NCBI RefSeq assembly: GCF_032444005.1
Contig: NC_091291.1
Coordinates: forward strand, 18,476,001 to 18,540,000
Direction: 5' to 3'
Origin: Ranitomeya imitator
Taxonomy: Eukaryota
DNA: 64,000 nucleotides
Below are positions 1-12,189 of this stretch, piece by piece. Below the pieces are notes generated by a model. That model searched no databases and was not told the DNA's origin. It worked only from the letters and a program-made list of their open reading frames with translations. The translations under genes were made by a program, and so were the position numbers. Numbering within the stretch: position 1 is the stretch's first letter; the number at the start of each line of letters is the position of its first letter.

Positions 1-998
1 ATCAAAAGAACGGTGAGCAAAAATCCCAGAACCATGCGGGGGGACCTAGTGAATGAACTGCAGAGAGCTGGGACCAATGTAACAAGGCCTACCATAAGTA
101 ACACACTACGCCACCATGGACTCAGATCCTGCAGTGCCAGACGTGTCCCACTGCTTAAGCCAGTACATGTCCGGGCCCGTCTGAAGTTTGCTAGAGAGCA
201 TTTGGATGATCCAGAGGAGTTTTGGGAGAATGTCCTATGGTCTGATGAAACCAAACTGGAACTGTTTGGTAGAAACTCAACTTGTCGTGTTTGGAGGAAA
301 AAGAATACTGAGTTGCATCCATCAAACACCATACCTACTGTAAAGCATGGTGGTGGAAACATCATGCTTTGGGGCTGTTTCTCTGCAAAGGGGCCAGGAC
401 GACTGATCCGGGTACATGAAAGAATGAATGGGGCCATGTATCGTGAGATTTTGAGTGCAAACCTCCTTCCATCAGCAAGGGCATTGAAGATGAAACGTGG
501 CTGGGTCTTTCAACATGACAATGATCCAAAGCACACCGCCAGGGCAACAAAGGAGTGGCTTCGTAAGAAGCATTTCAAGGTCCTGGAGTGGCCTAGCCAG
601 TCTCCAGATCTCAACCCTATAGAAAACCTTTGGAGGGAGTTGAAAGTCCGTGTTGCCAAAACATCACTGGTCTAGAGGAGACCTGCATGGAGGAATGGGC
701 CAACATACCAACAACAGTGTGTGGCAACCTTGTGAAGACTTACAGAAAACATTTGACCTCTGTCATTGCCAACAAAAGATATATTACAAAGTATTGAGAT
801 GAAATTTTGTTTCTGACCAAATACTTATTTTCCACCATAATATGCAAATAAAATGTTAAAAAAACAGACAATGTGATTTTCTGGATTTTTTTTTCTCAGT
901 TTGTCTCCCATAGTTGAGGTCTACCTATGATGTAAATTACAGACGCCTCTCATCTTTTTAAGTGGTGGAACTTGCACTATTGCTGACTGACTAAATAC
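1..998 (+). mobile_element. Tc1-family DNA transposon, 3' part (continues past the window start; 3' TIR cut by gap)
   Basis: ORF 13-675 has Tc1 motifs [29 protein letters not shown] and [11 protein letters not shown], with DD34E spacing. The C-terminus is frameshifted after RVAK (EEWANIP continues in another frame). TIR-type sequence runs from about 860 to 998. Confidence 0.93.
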
Positions 999-1567
999 NN
1001 NNNNNNNNNNNNNNNNNNNNNNNNNNNNNNNNNNNNNNNNNNNNNNNNNNNNNNNNNNNNNNNNNNNNNNNNNNNNNNNNNNNNNNNNNNNNNNNNNNNN
1101 NNNNNNNNNNNNNNNNNNNNNNNNNNNNNNNNNNNNNNNNNNNNNNNNNNNNNNNNNNNNNNNNNNNNNNNNNNNNNNNNNNNNNNNNNNNNNNNNNNNN
1201 NNNNNNNNNNNNNNNNNNNNNNNNNNNNNNNNNNNNNNNNNNNNNNNNNNNNNNNNNNNNNNNNNNNNNNNNNNNNNNNNNNNNNNNNNNNNNNNNNNNN
1301 NNNNNNNNNNNNNNNNNNNNNNNNNNNNNNNNNNNNNNNNNNNNNNNNNNNNNNNNNNNNNNNNNNNNNNNNNNNNNNNNNNNNNNNNNNNNNNNNNNNN
1401 NNNNNNNNNNNNNNNNNNNNNNNNNNNNNNNNNNNNNNNNNNNNNNNNNNNNNNNNNNNNNNNNNNNNNNNNNNNNNNNNNNNNNNNNNNNNNNNNNNNN
1501 NNNNNNNNNNNNNNNNNNNNNNNNNNNNNNNNNNNNNNNNNNNNNNNNNNNNNNNNNNNNNNNNNNN
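999..1567. other. Assembly gap (569 N)
   Basis: Run of N. Confidence 1.
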
Positions 1568-2472
1568 ACCCCTTTACCGAAGATTGGCATCTAAATTGTG
1601 CTGTTAAAGTAAAGCGCTCACCTGAGGAGACAAAGGCGGCCAGAAACAAGACGATGGCGACTGTTGATCCCATACCGAGGGTCGGCGTTCAGCTCCGGAG
1701 CCCCAATGTTCTGCGGTCGGCAGCGATATCCGTGCACTATAGATGACACCCCAGGGCGAGCGCTGATTACGGGAGCGGTTACTTTGGAGTGAGGTAAATG
1801 TGGGGAGAGCAGGTTTTTTTAAGGTGTGTATCCGCCAGGTATCTCTCCGTGTGTCACATTCCGCAGTCCTGGCCGTCACAGGATGATTAACCCTGTCACT
1901 GCCGACTTTCCCAAACCTACTTGTTTGCATTGTAAAAACTCTCTTTTATCAGCCTTAAACATAGACAATCGACTCAAAGCAGCTTACTGTTGAATGACAC
2001 CGGTCATTTTACCACGTAGTGAACTGGAAAACGGGAAAAAAAATCCAAATGTGAAAAAAAACTTAATTCTGACATTGATTTTAGGGGGAATTGATTACAC
2101 AGTGTATGTTTTGTGGCAATATGAATCTGCTCATCAGTACGATTACGGCGATACCAAACATGTTCAGTTTTTTCATTATTTTAGTGTTGAAAAAAATCAG
2201 ACATTTGCAAAAAAAAGACCCTCTGCCCCACCGAGGGACCCACCGAGAATCGTCGAAAACTTAATGGGTACATGAAATGATGTGCTGAATGCGGCCGGGG
2301 GAGTCATAGTTTGACAGTGGCATTTAAAAAGTTAACAGAGCTCTGCGCCACCTGTCGAGTGTTAGAGGCTGTAACAAACAGCTATCACCTGTCGAGTGTG
2401 GGGTGCGCCAACTCCATACACCAGCTTCCGACTTGCGCCTTAGATGTACGGCACATGTCAGGAAAGGGTTAA
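1568..2472. mobile_element. Non-autonomous TTAA-type (piggyBac-like) element
   Basis: Starts ACCCCTTTACC at the gap edge and ends AAAGGG-TTAA (2463-2472). No transposase ORF. Confidence 0.5.
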
Positions 2473-3649
2473 AATAATGTTTTCCCACCTAAAAATCTAT
2501 AGGGATCTAATACTTTTCACCGGTGAGAGTTTTTTTTTTTAGTTGTGTCCAGTCTTGACAGTCCCCGGTATGTGGTTATCAGAGAGCTCCAATCCGCACC
2601 GGGCAGTTTACCTCTTTTTAATCTGTACATGATGGATTTCCTTGAGAAATATATGGCGGTACATCCCAGCTTATCTGCGGGATGGCTATCTTTAAAGTTG
2701 GTGTTCCAACACCTTTAAAAAAGACATCTTTTTTTGGGTGGAGCATCCCTTTAAGATTCCTTTCTCCAGGCTGGGTCAAAGACACTAGAAGAATGCAGTG
2801 ATTAGTAAGAGACTGCGCCCGAGGGTGGTTCTCACACGTCGTCGTTCTCGGTATGACCTCAGCACCTACACGCAGGGATTATCTATATCTATTCTTCCGT
2901 AATACCCTCCATGGCCGCATCTGCAGAACTACTGTACATTGCTCGGAAAAATGTACAGGGCTCTAGAAAAACTGTGGACATACGTCATATTGCTGGTAAC
3001 CCAGCAACGGACAGTTTCTTTTGGAAAAGTTGACAGCTGACATATGGACATTCGGGGGTCCTTCTTTAAGATTTTCTCATTCATTCTCCAGACTTAAGAA
3101 TAATCTTCTGCAGAAGCTTCTCCCCAGAGTTACTGAGACACCGGAACTGACCTATCACTTCCATCATCCGTACTCCAAATAAGTGTGTTCCGATATCAAT
3201 GCAGCTGAAGGCAAATAGACTTGGAGAAAGAAGGGGGTTGGAAACCAATTTGACCACCTTCAGCTACATTGATGTCAGAGCATACTCATTTGGAGTACAG
3301 GCACTAACCCATCACTGCCATCATCTGTACTCCAAATGAGTATGTTCTGCTGAAGGCAGGGAAATAGACTGGGGAAAAGCAGGGGGTTTGGAAGCCAATT
3401 ACGGTATATGCAATTTCATTTTTTAAAGGAATGAAGATAAATTTCTTAATAAAGTGATTTACAAAGTTTCATAACTTTCCATTCTGAAAAAAATACTTAA
3501 AAAATATTGTACAAATTGAAAGTTTAGTAAATGATAAGAAAAGTAATGCAATGTGTGAAAATTAGGATTTATCTTCACTGTCCTCTTTCTCCGATTAGAC
3601 AGGACTCATTTGATCTTATTCACACATTCTTTTAGGTATAGTTCCAAAA

Positions 3650-4050
3650 CAGATGTCCATGCGCAGAATCGTCCTGGCCCTGGAGGTCCTGCCCCCTAAA
3701 TAGGTGTTCATTTGCAGAGTCATCCTGGTCCTGCAGGTCCCACCCCCTAAACAGGTGTCCATGTGCACAGTGGTATTGGTCCTGGAGGTCCCACTCCTAA
3801 ACAGGTATCCATGAGCAGAGTTGTCCTGGTCCTGGAGGTCCCACCCCTAAACAGATGTCCATGCGCAGAGTCGTCCTGGCCCTGGAGGTCCTGCCCCCCT
3901 AAATAGGTGTTCATTTGCAGAGTCATCCTGGTCCTGCAGGTCCCACCCCCTAAACCAGTGTCTGTGACCAGAGTTATCCTGGTCCTGGAGGTCCCACCCA
4001 CTAAACAGGAGTCCATTAGTAGAGTCGTCCTGGTCCGGAAGGTCTTGACC
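3650..4050. repeat. Minisatellite, about 51-bp unit, about 8 copies
   Basis: GAGTC[A/G]TCCTGG[T/C]CCTGGAGGTCCCACCCCTAAACAG-like unit recurs at about 3666, 3717, 3817, 3868, 3920, 3971 and 4022. Confidence 0.85.
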
Positions 4051-4665
4051 ACTAAATTGCAAATGGTGGTGGTAAGCAGATGTGCCGAGGACCGCATGGA
4101 GGAGACCAGATTCTGAAGGTGAGTATTATTATTAGAAATTCACTCAAACTCTTGTCCGTATAATATAACCAAAAGGAAATAATAAACAGCTACCAAACAT
4201 AAAATATTCTTATATTAGCTGCTTTTTTAGCACTTTTATCATGGGCTCATACTGGGACTAGAACTCAACTCTAAATAGGGATTATCTGCAGTACCGGACA
4301 CAACCTATAGATAAGGGTGGCGCTAACACTGGGGAAAAAAATAAAAACACGCATACGCAGTAATCCTCAGCTATATTTTTTTAATATTTGCACATCATTT
4401 GTGATATTGAATTTTACATTCCTAGAAATTCTCATTTTTATGCATTTTATGTCCATTGTATAAAATGAATTTTGGATAATTGGTCAACAGATATTTACTA
4501 TAGAAAACAAGCGATCAGGTAGGTGTCTCGTTATACATAAATGATATACTAATGAGACATTTTCTATCATTTCCTGCTTTAAATATTTGTTCTGCTCACC
4601 GATAAATATATATTAGTTTGTCCTTTTCCTACATTTTATGTTACGTATAAAAGTTTACAAATTCC

Positions 4666-4980
4666 TCAGATGAGTATACAGAAAAAAAGTCCAAACAGAA
4701 AAAAGAGACCCTTGAAATATAAGGCAGCGTCAGTCCTACTGGATGGAGTAAACGGCCAACTACTGAGACCCCCAGAAGACGCTGCCATAGTAGTAGTAGT
4801 AGTAGTTGTTGTTGTTGTTGTTGTGGTTGTTGTTGTTGTCGTCGTAGTTGGGGATGCTGCTTTCCTACACGTTATCGTTCCCGAAATTGAGTATGTGGAA
4901 CAGAAATTGTCAGAAGCGCAGCCAAGTACAGACTCACCTATAAAATAAAGGGGATTAGAATAGTTTGTTAAGTTATGACA

Positions 4981-5025
<45 letters not shown>

Positions 5026-7997
5026 CATCAAACAACATTTTGGAGAGGATTGTAGAGTGTATAAATGTTGAACGGTGATCCGATAGAGGCTACTTCTCAG
5101 ATACCGCCGGTGCCATTTTGCTAGAGGAAAAAAAAATTGTCCTGACCATGATGGTGCCAACGGCGCATGCGCAGTAGCATCTATTGGATGCATCTATCGG
5201 ATCGCACAGCCGGGTGCGCCATTTTGAGAAAGATTTTTTTTTCCAGAATAAATGCACATCCCTAAATAAAATAATTTAATGCATATTATAGATACGATCC
5301 TGACCCCGCCACCTGCCTTGTGAATGTGATTTTTTTGTTCAATACATACTATATTCAGCATGTAAAATAGGGGGCAGGCCAGTGAGGGATCAGTGACCTG
5401 TCATAAGCCATCAGTATGAATGCATAAGCAGAGCATCACATAGAGACTCCGCCTACAGCCCTGCCCACAAACCGCCTACAGCTCCGCCCACAGACCACCA
5501 CAAACATCTCATTAACTGAAAAAAACAGATTAAACAAGAACCACAAGACAGATTTCAACACCAGGTATTATTGTAATCAGTATAACGGCTCCGACCTGAC
5601 GCTGTCTGTAGGTTACTGTCCACAATCCTGCGGACAGGATCCCTTTAAGACACTTCCAAGCAATTGCTAATATTATAATGATTAAGTTTCATCTACCAGA
5701 TAGTGGACATTCCCGTGAGAACTTGAGCCTCCAAATATGACCCCGATAGCATAGACGACTTTTCGATTTCATCGACTTCCAGAACTCTTGTAATTACCTG
5801 AGTTTTCGGTTACATTGAAGCAATTGTTCTGATTTCCTAGACATTGCAGAACTTGCGACGTTTTATTTACTGCAGAATCCAATGAAGGACACTGGAATCC
5901 ATTTGGGGTGACTGCAAAAAGACAAATAAAAATAATAGGTTAAGGGGAATAAACAAGAATTGCAACTTAGTTCCTATAATTACTCCTTCTATGGATTTCT
6001 ATTGAGCTGCGGGTGATTAGCCTAATAAGCAACACCATACGCTCAGATTTAGTTTTTTGTTTTTCTATACATGGTCCCTTTAAAAAAATAACAGACCACA
6101 CTTTGTCCCACAGTTGTCTCCCTACTGATCAGCCATAACCTGTGGTTCTACAAGTGTGACATTTTCCTGCAGCGCCACCACAGGTGAAATGATGCATTAC
6201 GTGTTGGCCACAAAAATCAACACGGAGCAGAGGTAATATCGAAATTTTTTGTTTGCGCGTCCAAACTTTTGACTAGTACTGTACATGCAAAGGAAAACAA
6301 AAATTTTAGGTTCTCATACCAGTTAACCATTAAAAATAGACAAAATGATGACAGCCAAGTGCTTTTCTATTTTTTTCATGAACCCATTTGAAATCGAGTT
6401 TTTACTGCCGAAATCGGCTCAATAACGGACATCGGACTTGTCTCTCCTTTTATTTTTACAGACAATTAAATAACAAAAATTATAGAAATTAATTTAAAAA
6501 AAAACATTCCATGACTATAAGGATAAGTTCATGAAGATTAATTAGCAATGGGATAATAGAAGCGCAAAAGTTACGTAAATAATTTAAATAAAATTCAGAT
6601 TACTTCTATTCTCCCTCCCTTTTTGATCTTTAGGATTATATTCAGTGGCATCTACTTGATGTTAATGTTTGTAATGTTGCCTTGTGTTCTGCTCTATAGC
6701 TATAAAGACGAGTTCCTTAGATGAATAATTTTTGCATTTTTGCACCAATTAGGTAATTTAGGTTACTTGTATTTTTTATAGCAATTTTTATTGTTTGGCT
6801 TTTACATGCATTTTTATTGTGTTCTTTTTGGTATGTGTTGTTTTATATTAAACCGCTTGTTTTGGAGATTTTCTATTTGTTCAGTTATCTTGTTTTATGT
6901 GTTTTACTCGTGGAAAATAGATGAACTGGACATAAGACTAGGGTCACATCCGAAAAAATCGGACTGATTTTAACAATCAATTTCGACTCTGATCATAGCA
7001 TGATCCGATTTTATTGAATGAGGAGAAAAATAAAATTTCTCAACATTCTCCATTCGGTCTGTCCATGAAAGTCAGACCACACTATGATTTTTTTTCCACG
7101 GATCCATAGTCATGGATGATCGATGATTGGACGCAACTCATGAATGCTGCGATTCTTACCTTGGACCGATTTAGTGGGAGGAAAAGATTGGACATGCACA
7201 AGGCCCAATAGACTAACATTGGTCCAGATGTTTGGTCGGAATGCAATCGGACCGAAACTACGGTTGTCTGCCAAATTCTAAGGGTGACACCACTTGTTGA
7301 TGACCACATGAGGCCAAAGGTTTGTCCACCGTGATGGCCATTTAATCATCAACTGTGGCACACCCTATTAGCATAGTGTAAAAGACTGATTGACTTGAAG
7401 GCTAAGGATGAGGGAACCTCTCAAGTCCCCCATTTGTCATCTTCCTAACTTCAGTACTAACGGTATCGAAACGTTAGGGCACAGAAACAAATAAACCTTG
7501 GAGACGTCTGAATGTATATAAAAAATAAAACCAGTATACTTACAGGTAGAGTCTGGTACGATGCAATTGGCATCACTGCAGCAGGAATTCAATATGTCTA
7601 TTTTATCAAATCCAGTCCAAAAGGAGTAGAAGTAGTTACAGTACTGGGGGTTTGCGCACCCTCTGACAATGCTGGCGGAACTTGTACCTAAAAAAGAAAA
7701 ATCACAACTAAACTGGTAATAGTGATAGAATAAATAAAATAAAAGTACCAAAGTAAAACGACTGTCACACTGAAGGCATCAAAACTATGAATTAACACAT
7801 GTGGAATTATATACTTAACAAAAAAGTGTGAAACAACTGAAATTATTTCTTATGTTCTAGGTTCTTCAAAGTAGCCACCTTTTGCTTTGATGTGATAATT
7901 CATAGTTTTGATGCCTTCAGTGTGAATGAACAATTTTCATAGTCCTGAAAATACAGAAAAATCTTTCAATGAGAAGGTGTGTCCAAACTTTTGATCT

Positions 7998-8074
<77 letters not shown>

Positions 8075-11000
8075 GAGCTTCTCACAAGATTAGAGCATCA
8101 TCAAAAAGTTAATTTATTTCAGTTCTTCAATACAAAAAGTGAAACTCATTTAGTATTCATTAGCTGTAAACCATAATCATCAACATTAACAAGTTATTTA
8201 TAGGTTTATTTCAATATTTGGGGACTCCGATAAATATTGTTTTGATTAATTTTGTGTGGGTCTTTTGGTCCATTTTGGTTATGACGTAGTATTAGATTAG
8301 TTTCTCATTTCTCTCAATTAACCTACCAGAATCCCTAGTAATTGACGCATAGCACAATTCTTCGCTTTCACAGGTTGTTTCAGGTCCGGTACATGTAAGG
8401 CTTGTTGCATTAATGCAAGTGGTGCAAACGAGACAATGACCTGCAGGAGGCAGAAAATTAATTATTTTAGTATAAAAGTAATCAAAATGAATGTAATCAC
8501 AGAGAATGGACCGTGCGTGCAAGATAATGCTGTGTTCCGAACAGCTCACAATACCTTTTAGGCCTAAGATCACAGAATGATAATCATATGAGAAGAAAAG
8601 CACAGCTAGGAACCAAAGTACTAAAAATTTAAAAAACTTTATTGAGAAAACAATGAAATCATATAAGAAGGATAACAAAGAAATGACAATGGTAAGCCAA
8701 AGTCATAGGACCACGGTTGGAAACAGGCAAAAAAGAAAGTACAGGCAAGGTAAACATTAATAAACATATTAGTCAGCTCAAAAAGTGCAAGTGCAATGTA
8801 CCACAAAGTGTGCCAATATAAGTAATAGAGATAACCGTATATCCAAGAGTGTGGGCATACTAGCAGTATAAGAGAAATCCCTAGAGGCTAACTGCCACAA
8901 TAGAAGAAAGAGCCCGAGCAATGACCATAGAACTAAAGTACATAAGTGTGCGGCAAATTACCTGAGAGACCATGGTGCCACCCACCCCAACGTGCGTTTC
9001 TGCGTAGTGCCTTCTTGTACCCCACAAGATCTGCTGTATTCTGGCAACACCCCACAAGACCTGCCGTATACATGAAACACTCCACAAGACCTGCCGTATA
9101 CTGGGAACACCCCATAAGACCTATTGTATATCAAGAACACCCCAAAAGACCTGCCGTATACTGGGAACACCCCACAAGACCTGCTGTTTACTGGGAACAC
9201 CCCACAAGACCTGCTGTATACAGGGAACACCCCACAAGACCTGCCGTAAACTGGGAACACCCCACAAAACCTGCCGTATACTGGGAACACCCCACAAGAC
9301 CTGCTGTATACTGGGAATACCCACAAGACCTGCCATATACCGGGAACACCCCACAAGACCTATGGTATACTGGGGACACCCCACAAGGCCTAATGTATAC
9401 AGGGAACACCCCACAAGACCTATGGTATACTGGGAACACCCCACAAGACCCGCTGTATACTGGGAACACCTCCCAAGACCTGCTGTATACAGGGAACACC
9501 CCACAAGACCTGCCGTATACTGGAAACATCCCACAAGACCTGCCGTATACTGGGAACACTCCACAAGACCTGCTGTATACTAGGAACATCGCACAAGACC
9601 TGCCATATACCGGGAACATCCCACAAGACCTGCCGTATACTGGGAACACCCCACAAGACCTGCTGTATACTGGAAACACCCCACAAGACCTGCCGTATAC
9701 TGGGAACACCCCACAAGACCTGCCGTATACTGGGAACACCCCACAAGACCTGCCGTATACTGGGAACACCCCACAAAACCTGCCGTATACTGGGAACACC
9801 CCTCAAGACCTGCTGTATACTGGGAACACCCAACAAGGCCTGCTGTATACAGTGAACACCCCACAAGACCTATGGTATACTGGGAACACCCCACAAGACC
9901 CGCTGTATACTGGGAACACCTCCCAAGACCTGCTGTATATAGGGAACACCCCACAAGACCTGCCGTATACTGGGAACACCCCTCAAGACCTGCTGTATAC
10001 TGGGAATACCTACAAGACCTGCCATATACAGGGAACACCCCACAAGACCTGTGGTATACTGGGAGCACCCCACAAGGCCTGCTGTATACAGTGAACACCC
10101 CACAAGACCTATGGTATACTGGGAACACCCCACAAGACCCGCTGTATACTGGGAACACCTCCCAAGATCTGCTGTATATAGGGAACACCCCACAAGACCT
10201 GCCGTATACTGGGAACACCCCACAAGACCTGCCGTATACTGGGAACACCCCACAAGACCTGCCGTATACTGGGAACACCCCACAAAACCTGCCGTATACT
10301 GGGAACACCCCTCAAGACCTGCTGTATACTGGGAACACCCAACAAGGCCTGCTGTATACAGTGAACACCCCACAAGACCTATGGTATACTGGGAACACCC
10401 CACAAGACCCGCTGTATACTGGGAACACCTCCCAAGACCTGCTGTATATAGGGAACACCCCACAAGACCTGCCGTAAACTGGGAACACCCCTCAAGACCT
10501 GCTGTATACTGGGAATACCTACAAGACCTGCCATATACAGGGAACACCCCACAAGACCTGTGGTATACTGGGAACACCCCACAAGGCCTGCTGTATACAG
10601 TGAACACCCCACAAGACCTATGGTATACTGGGAACACCCCACAAGACCCGCTGTATACTGGGAACACCTCCCAAGACCTGCTGTATATAGGGAACACCCC
10701 ACAAGACCTGCCGTATACTGGGAATACCCCTCAAGACCTGCTGTATACTGGGAATACTTACAAGACCTGCCATATACAGGGAACACCCCACAAGACCTGT
10801 GGTATACTGGGAACACCCCACAAGGCCTGCTGTATACAGTGAACACCCCACAAGACCTATGGTATACTGGGAACACCCCACAAGACCCGCTGTATACTGG
10901 GAACACCTCCCAAGATCTGCTGTATATAGGGAACACCCCACAAGACCTGCCGTATACTGGGAACATCCCACAAGACCTATGGTATACTGGGAACACCCCA

Positions 11001-12123
11001 CAAGACCTGCTGTATACTGGGAATACCCACAAGACCTGCCATATACCGGGAACACCCCACAAGACCTATGGTATACTGGGAACATCCCACAAGGCCTGCT
11101 GTATACAGGGAACACCCCACAAGACCTATGGTATACTTGTAACACGCCACAAGACGTGCTGTATACTGGGAACACCTCCCAAGACCTGCTGTATACAGGG
11201 AACACCCCACAAGACCTATGGTATACTGGGAACACGCCACAAGACCCGCTGTATACTGGGAACACCTCCCAAGACCTGCGGTATACAGGGAAAACCTCAC
11301 AAGACCTGCTATATACTAGGAACATCACACAAGACCTGTCGTATACCGGGAACACCCCACAAAACCTATGGTATACTGGGAACACCCCACAAGGCCTGCT
11401 GTATATAGGGAACACCCCACAAGACCTATGGTATACTGGGAACACCCCACAAGACCCGCTGTATACTGGGAACACCTCCCAAGACCTGCGGTATACAGGG
11501 AACACCCCACAAGACCTGCCGTATACTGGGAACACTCCACAAGACCTGCTGTATACTAGGAACATCACACAAGACCTGTCATATACTGGGAACATCCCAC
11601 AAGACCTGCCGTATACTGGGAACACCCCACAAAACCTGCTGTATACTAGGAACATCACACAAGACCTGCCGTATACCGGGAACACCCCACAAAACCTGCC
11701 ATATATCGGGAACGCTCCACAAGACCTGCCATATACCGGAACACCCCACAAGACCTGCTGTATACTGGAAACACCCCACAAGACCTGCCGTATACAGGGA
11801 ACACCCCACAAGACCTGCCGTATACTGGAAACACCCCACAAGACCTGTCGTATACAGGGAACACTCCACAAGACCTGCCGCATACTGGGAACATTCCAAA
11901 AGACCTGCAGTATACTGGGAACACCCCACAAGACCTGCTGTATACCGGGAACACCCCACAAGACCTGCCGTATATTGGAAACACCCCACAAGAGCTGTTG
12001 TATACAGGGAATATCACACAAGACCTATGTTTTTTCAGAAACAGTTCTGCTTAAATTTGCCTAAAACTTACCACGATGAATTAGGGCCAATACTAGACAG
12101 GAAAATAAAGTAAGGTTGTTCAT
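4666..12123 (-). CDS. Gene A: two-domain Ly6/uPAR (three-finger) protein, PLA2-inhibitor-gamma/PINLYP-like, with poly-Thr stalk and GPI-type C-terminus (231 aa)
   Basis: complement(join(12072-12123, 8327-8440, 7544-7687, 5798-5911, 4666-4937)). All introns are GT-AG phase 1, and 696 nt are in frame. Protein: MNNLTLFSCLVLALIHRG-HCLVCTTC...ELCY...RGCANPQYC...SCCSDANC...NGFQCP...[10 protein letters not shown]...LGCASDNFC...ITC...SP(T)20...[13 protein letters not shown]. Confidence 0.9.
7800..8180. repeat. (TA)n microsatellite (8002-8071) flanked by Tc1-TIR-like remnants, in gene A intron 2
   Basis: About 35 TA units. Flanks GTGTCCAAACTTTTGATCTGTAC and TACAGGAGCTTCTCACAAGATTAG resemble Tc1 terminal sequences. 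Confidence 0.65.
9020..12027. repeat. 30-bp minisatellite, about 100 copies, in gene A intron 1
   Basis: Unit CCCACAAGACCTGCCGTATACTGGGAACAC with variants and occasional 29-bp units. It explains all the overlapping ORFs at 8.9-12.1 kb. Confidence 0.97.
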
Positions 12124-12182
12124 CTTAGCAGCTCACACAGCGCAGTGTTGTGTCCTTCTGCTGTTAGCAAGTCTGGTATGTC

Positions 12183-12189
12183 TTTTATA
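12183..12189 (-). promoter_or_regulatory. TATA box of gene A
   Basis: TATAAAA on the minus strand, about 60 nt upstream of the ATG at 12123. The same motif sits at the same distance in gene B. Confidence 0.75.

Noticed and set aside
921-1673. ORFs spanning N runs (also 43446-43694 and 54328-54633)
   Set aside because: Artefacts of translating through assembly gaps.
9020-12027. CRISPR-like regular 30-bp periodicity
   Set aside because: The units are contiguous with no unique spacers, the context is vertebrate, and there are no cas genes.
8946-12064. Many long ORFs (up to 467 aa) on both strands with HPTRPAVYWE / TPQDLPYTGN repeats
   Set aside because: They result from a 30-bp minisatellite lacking stop codons. 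It lies in intron 1 of gene A and is frameshifted by 29-bp units.
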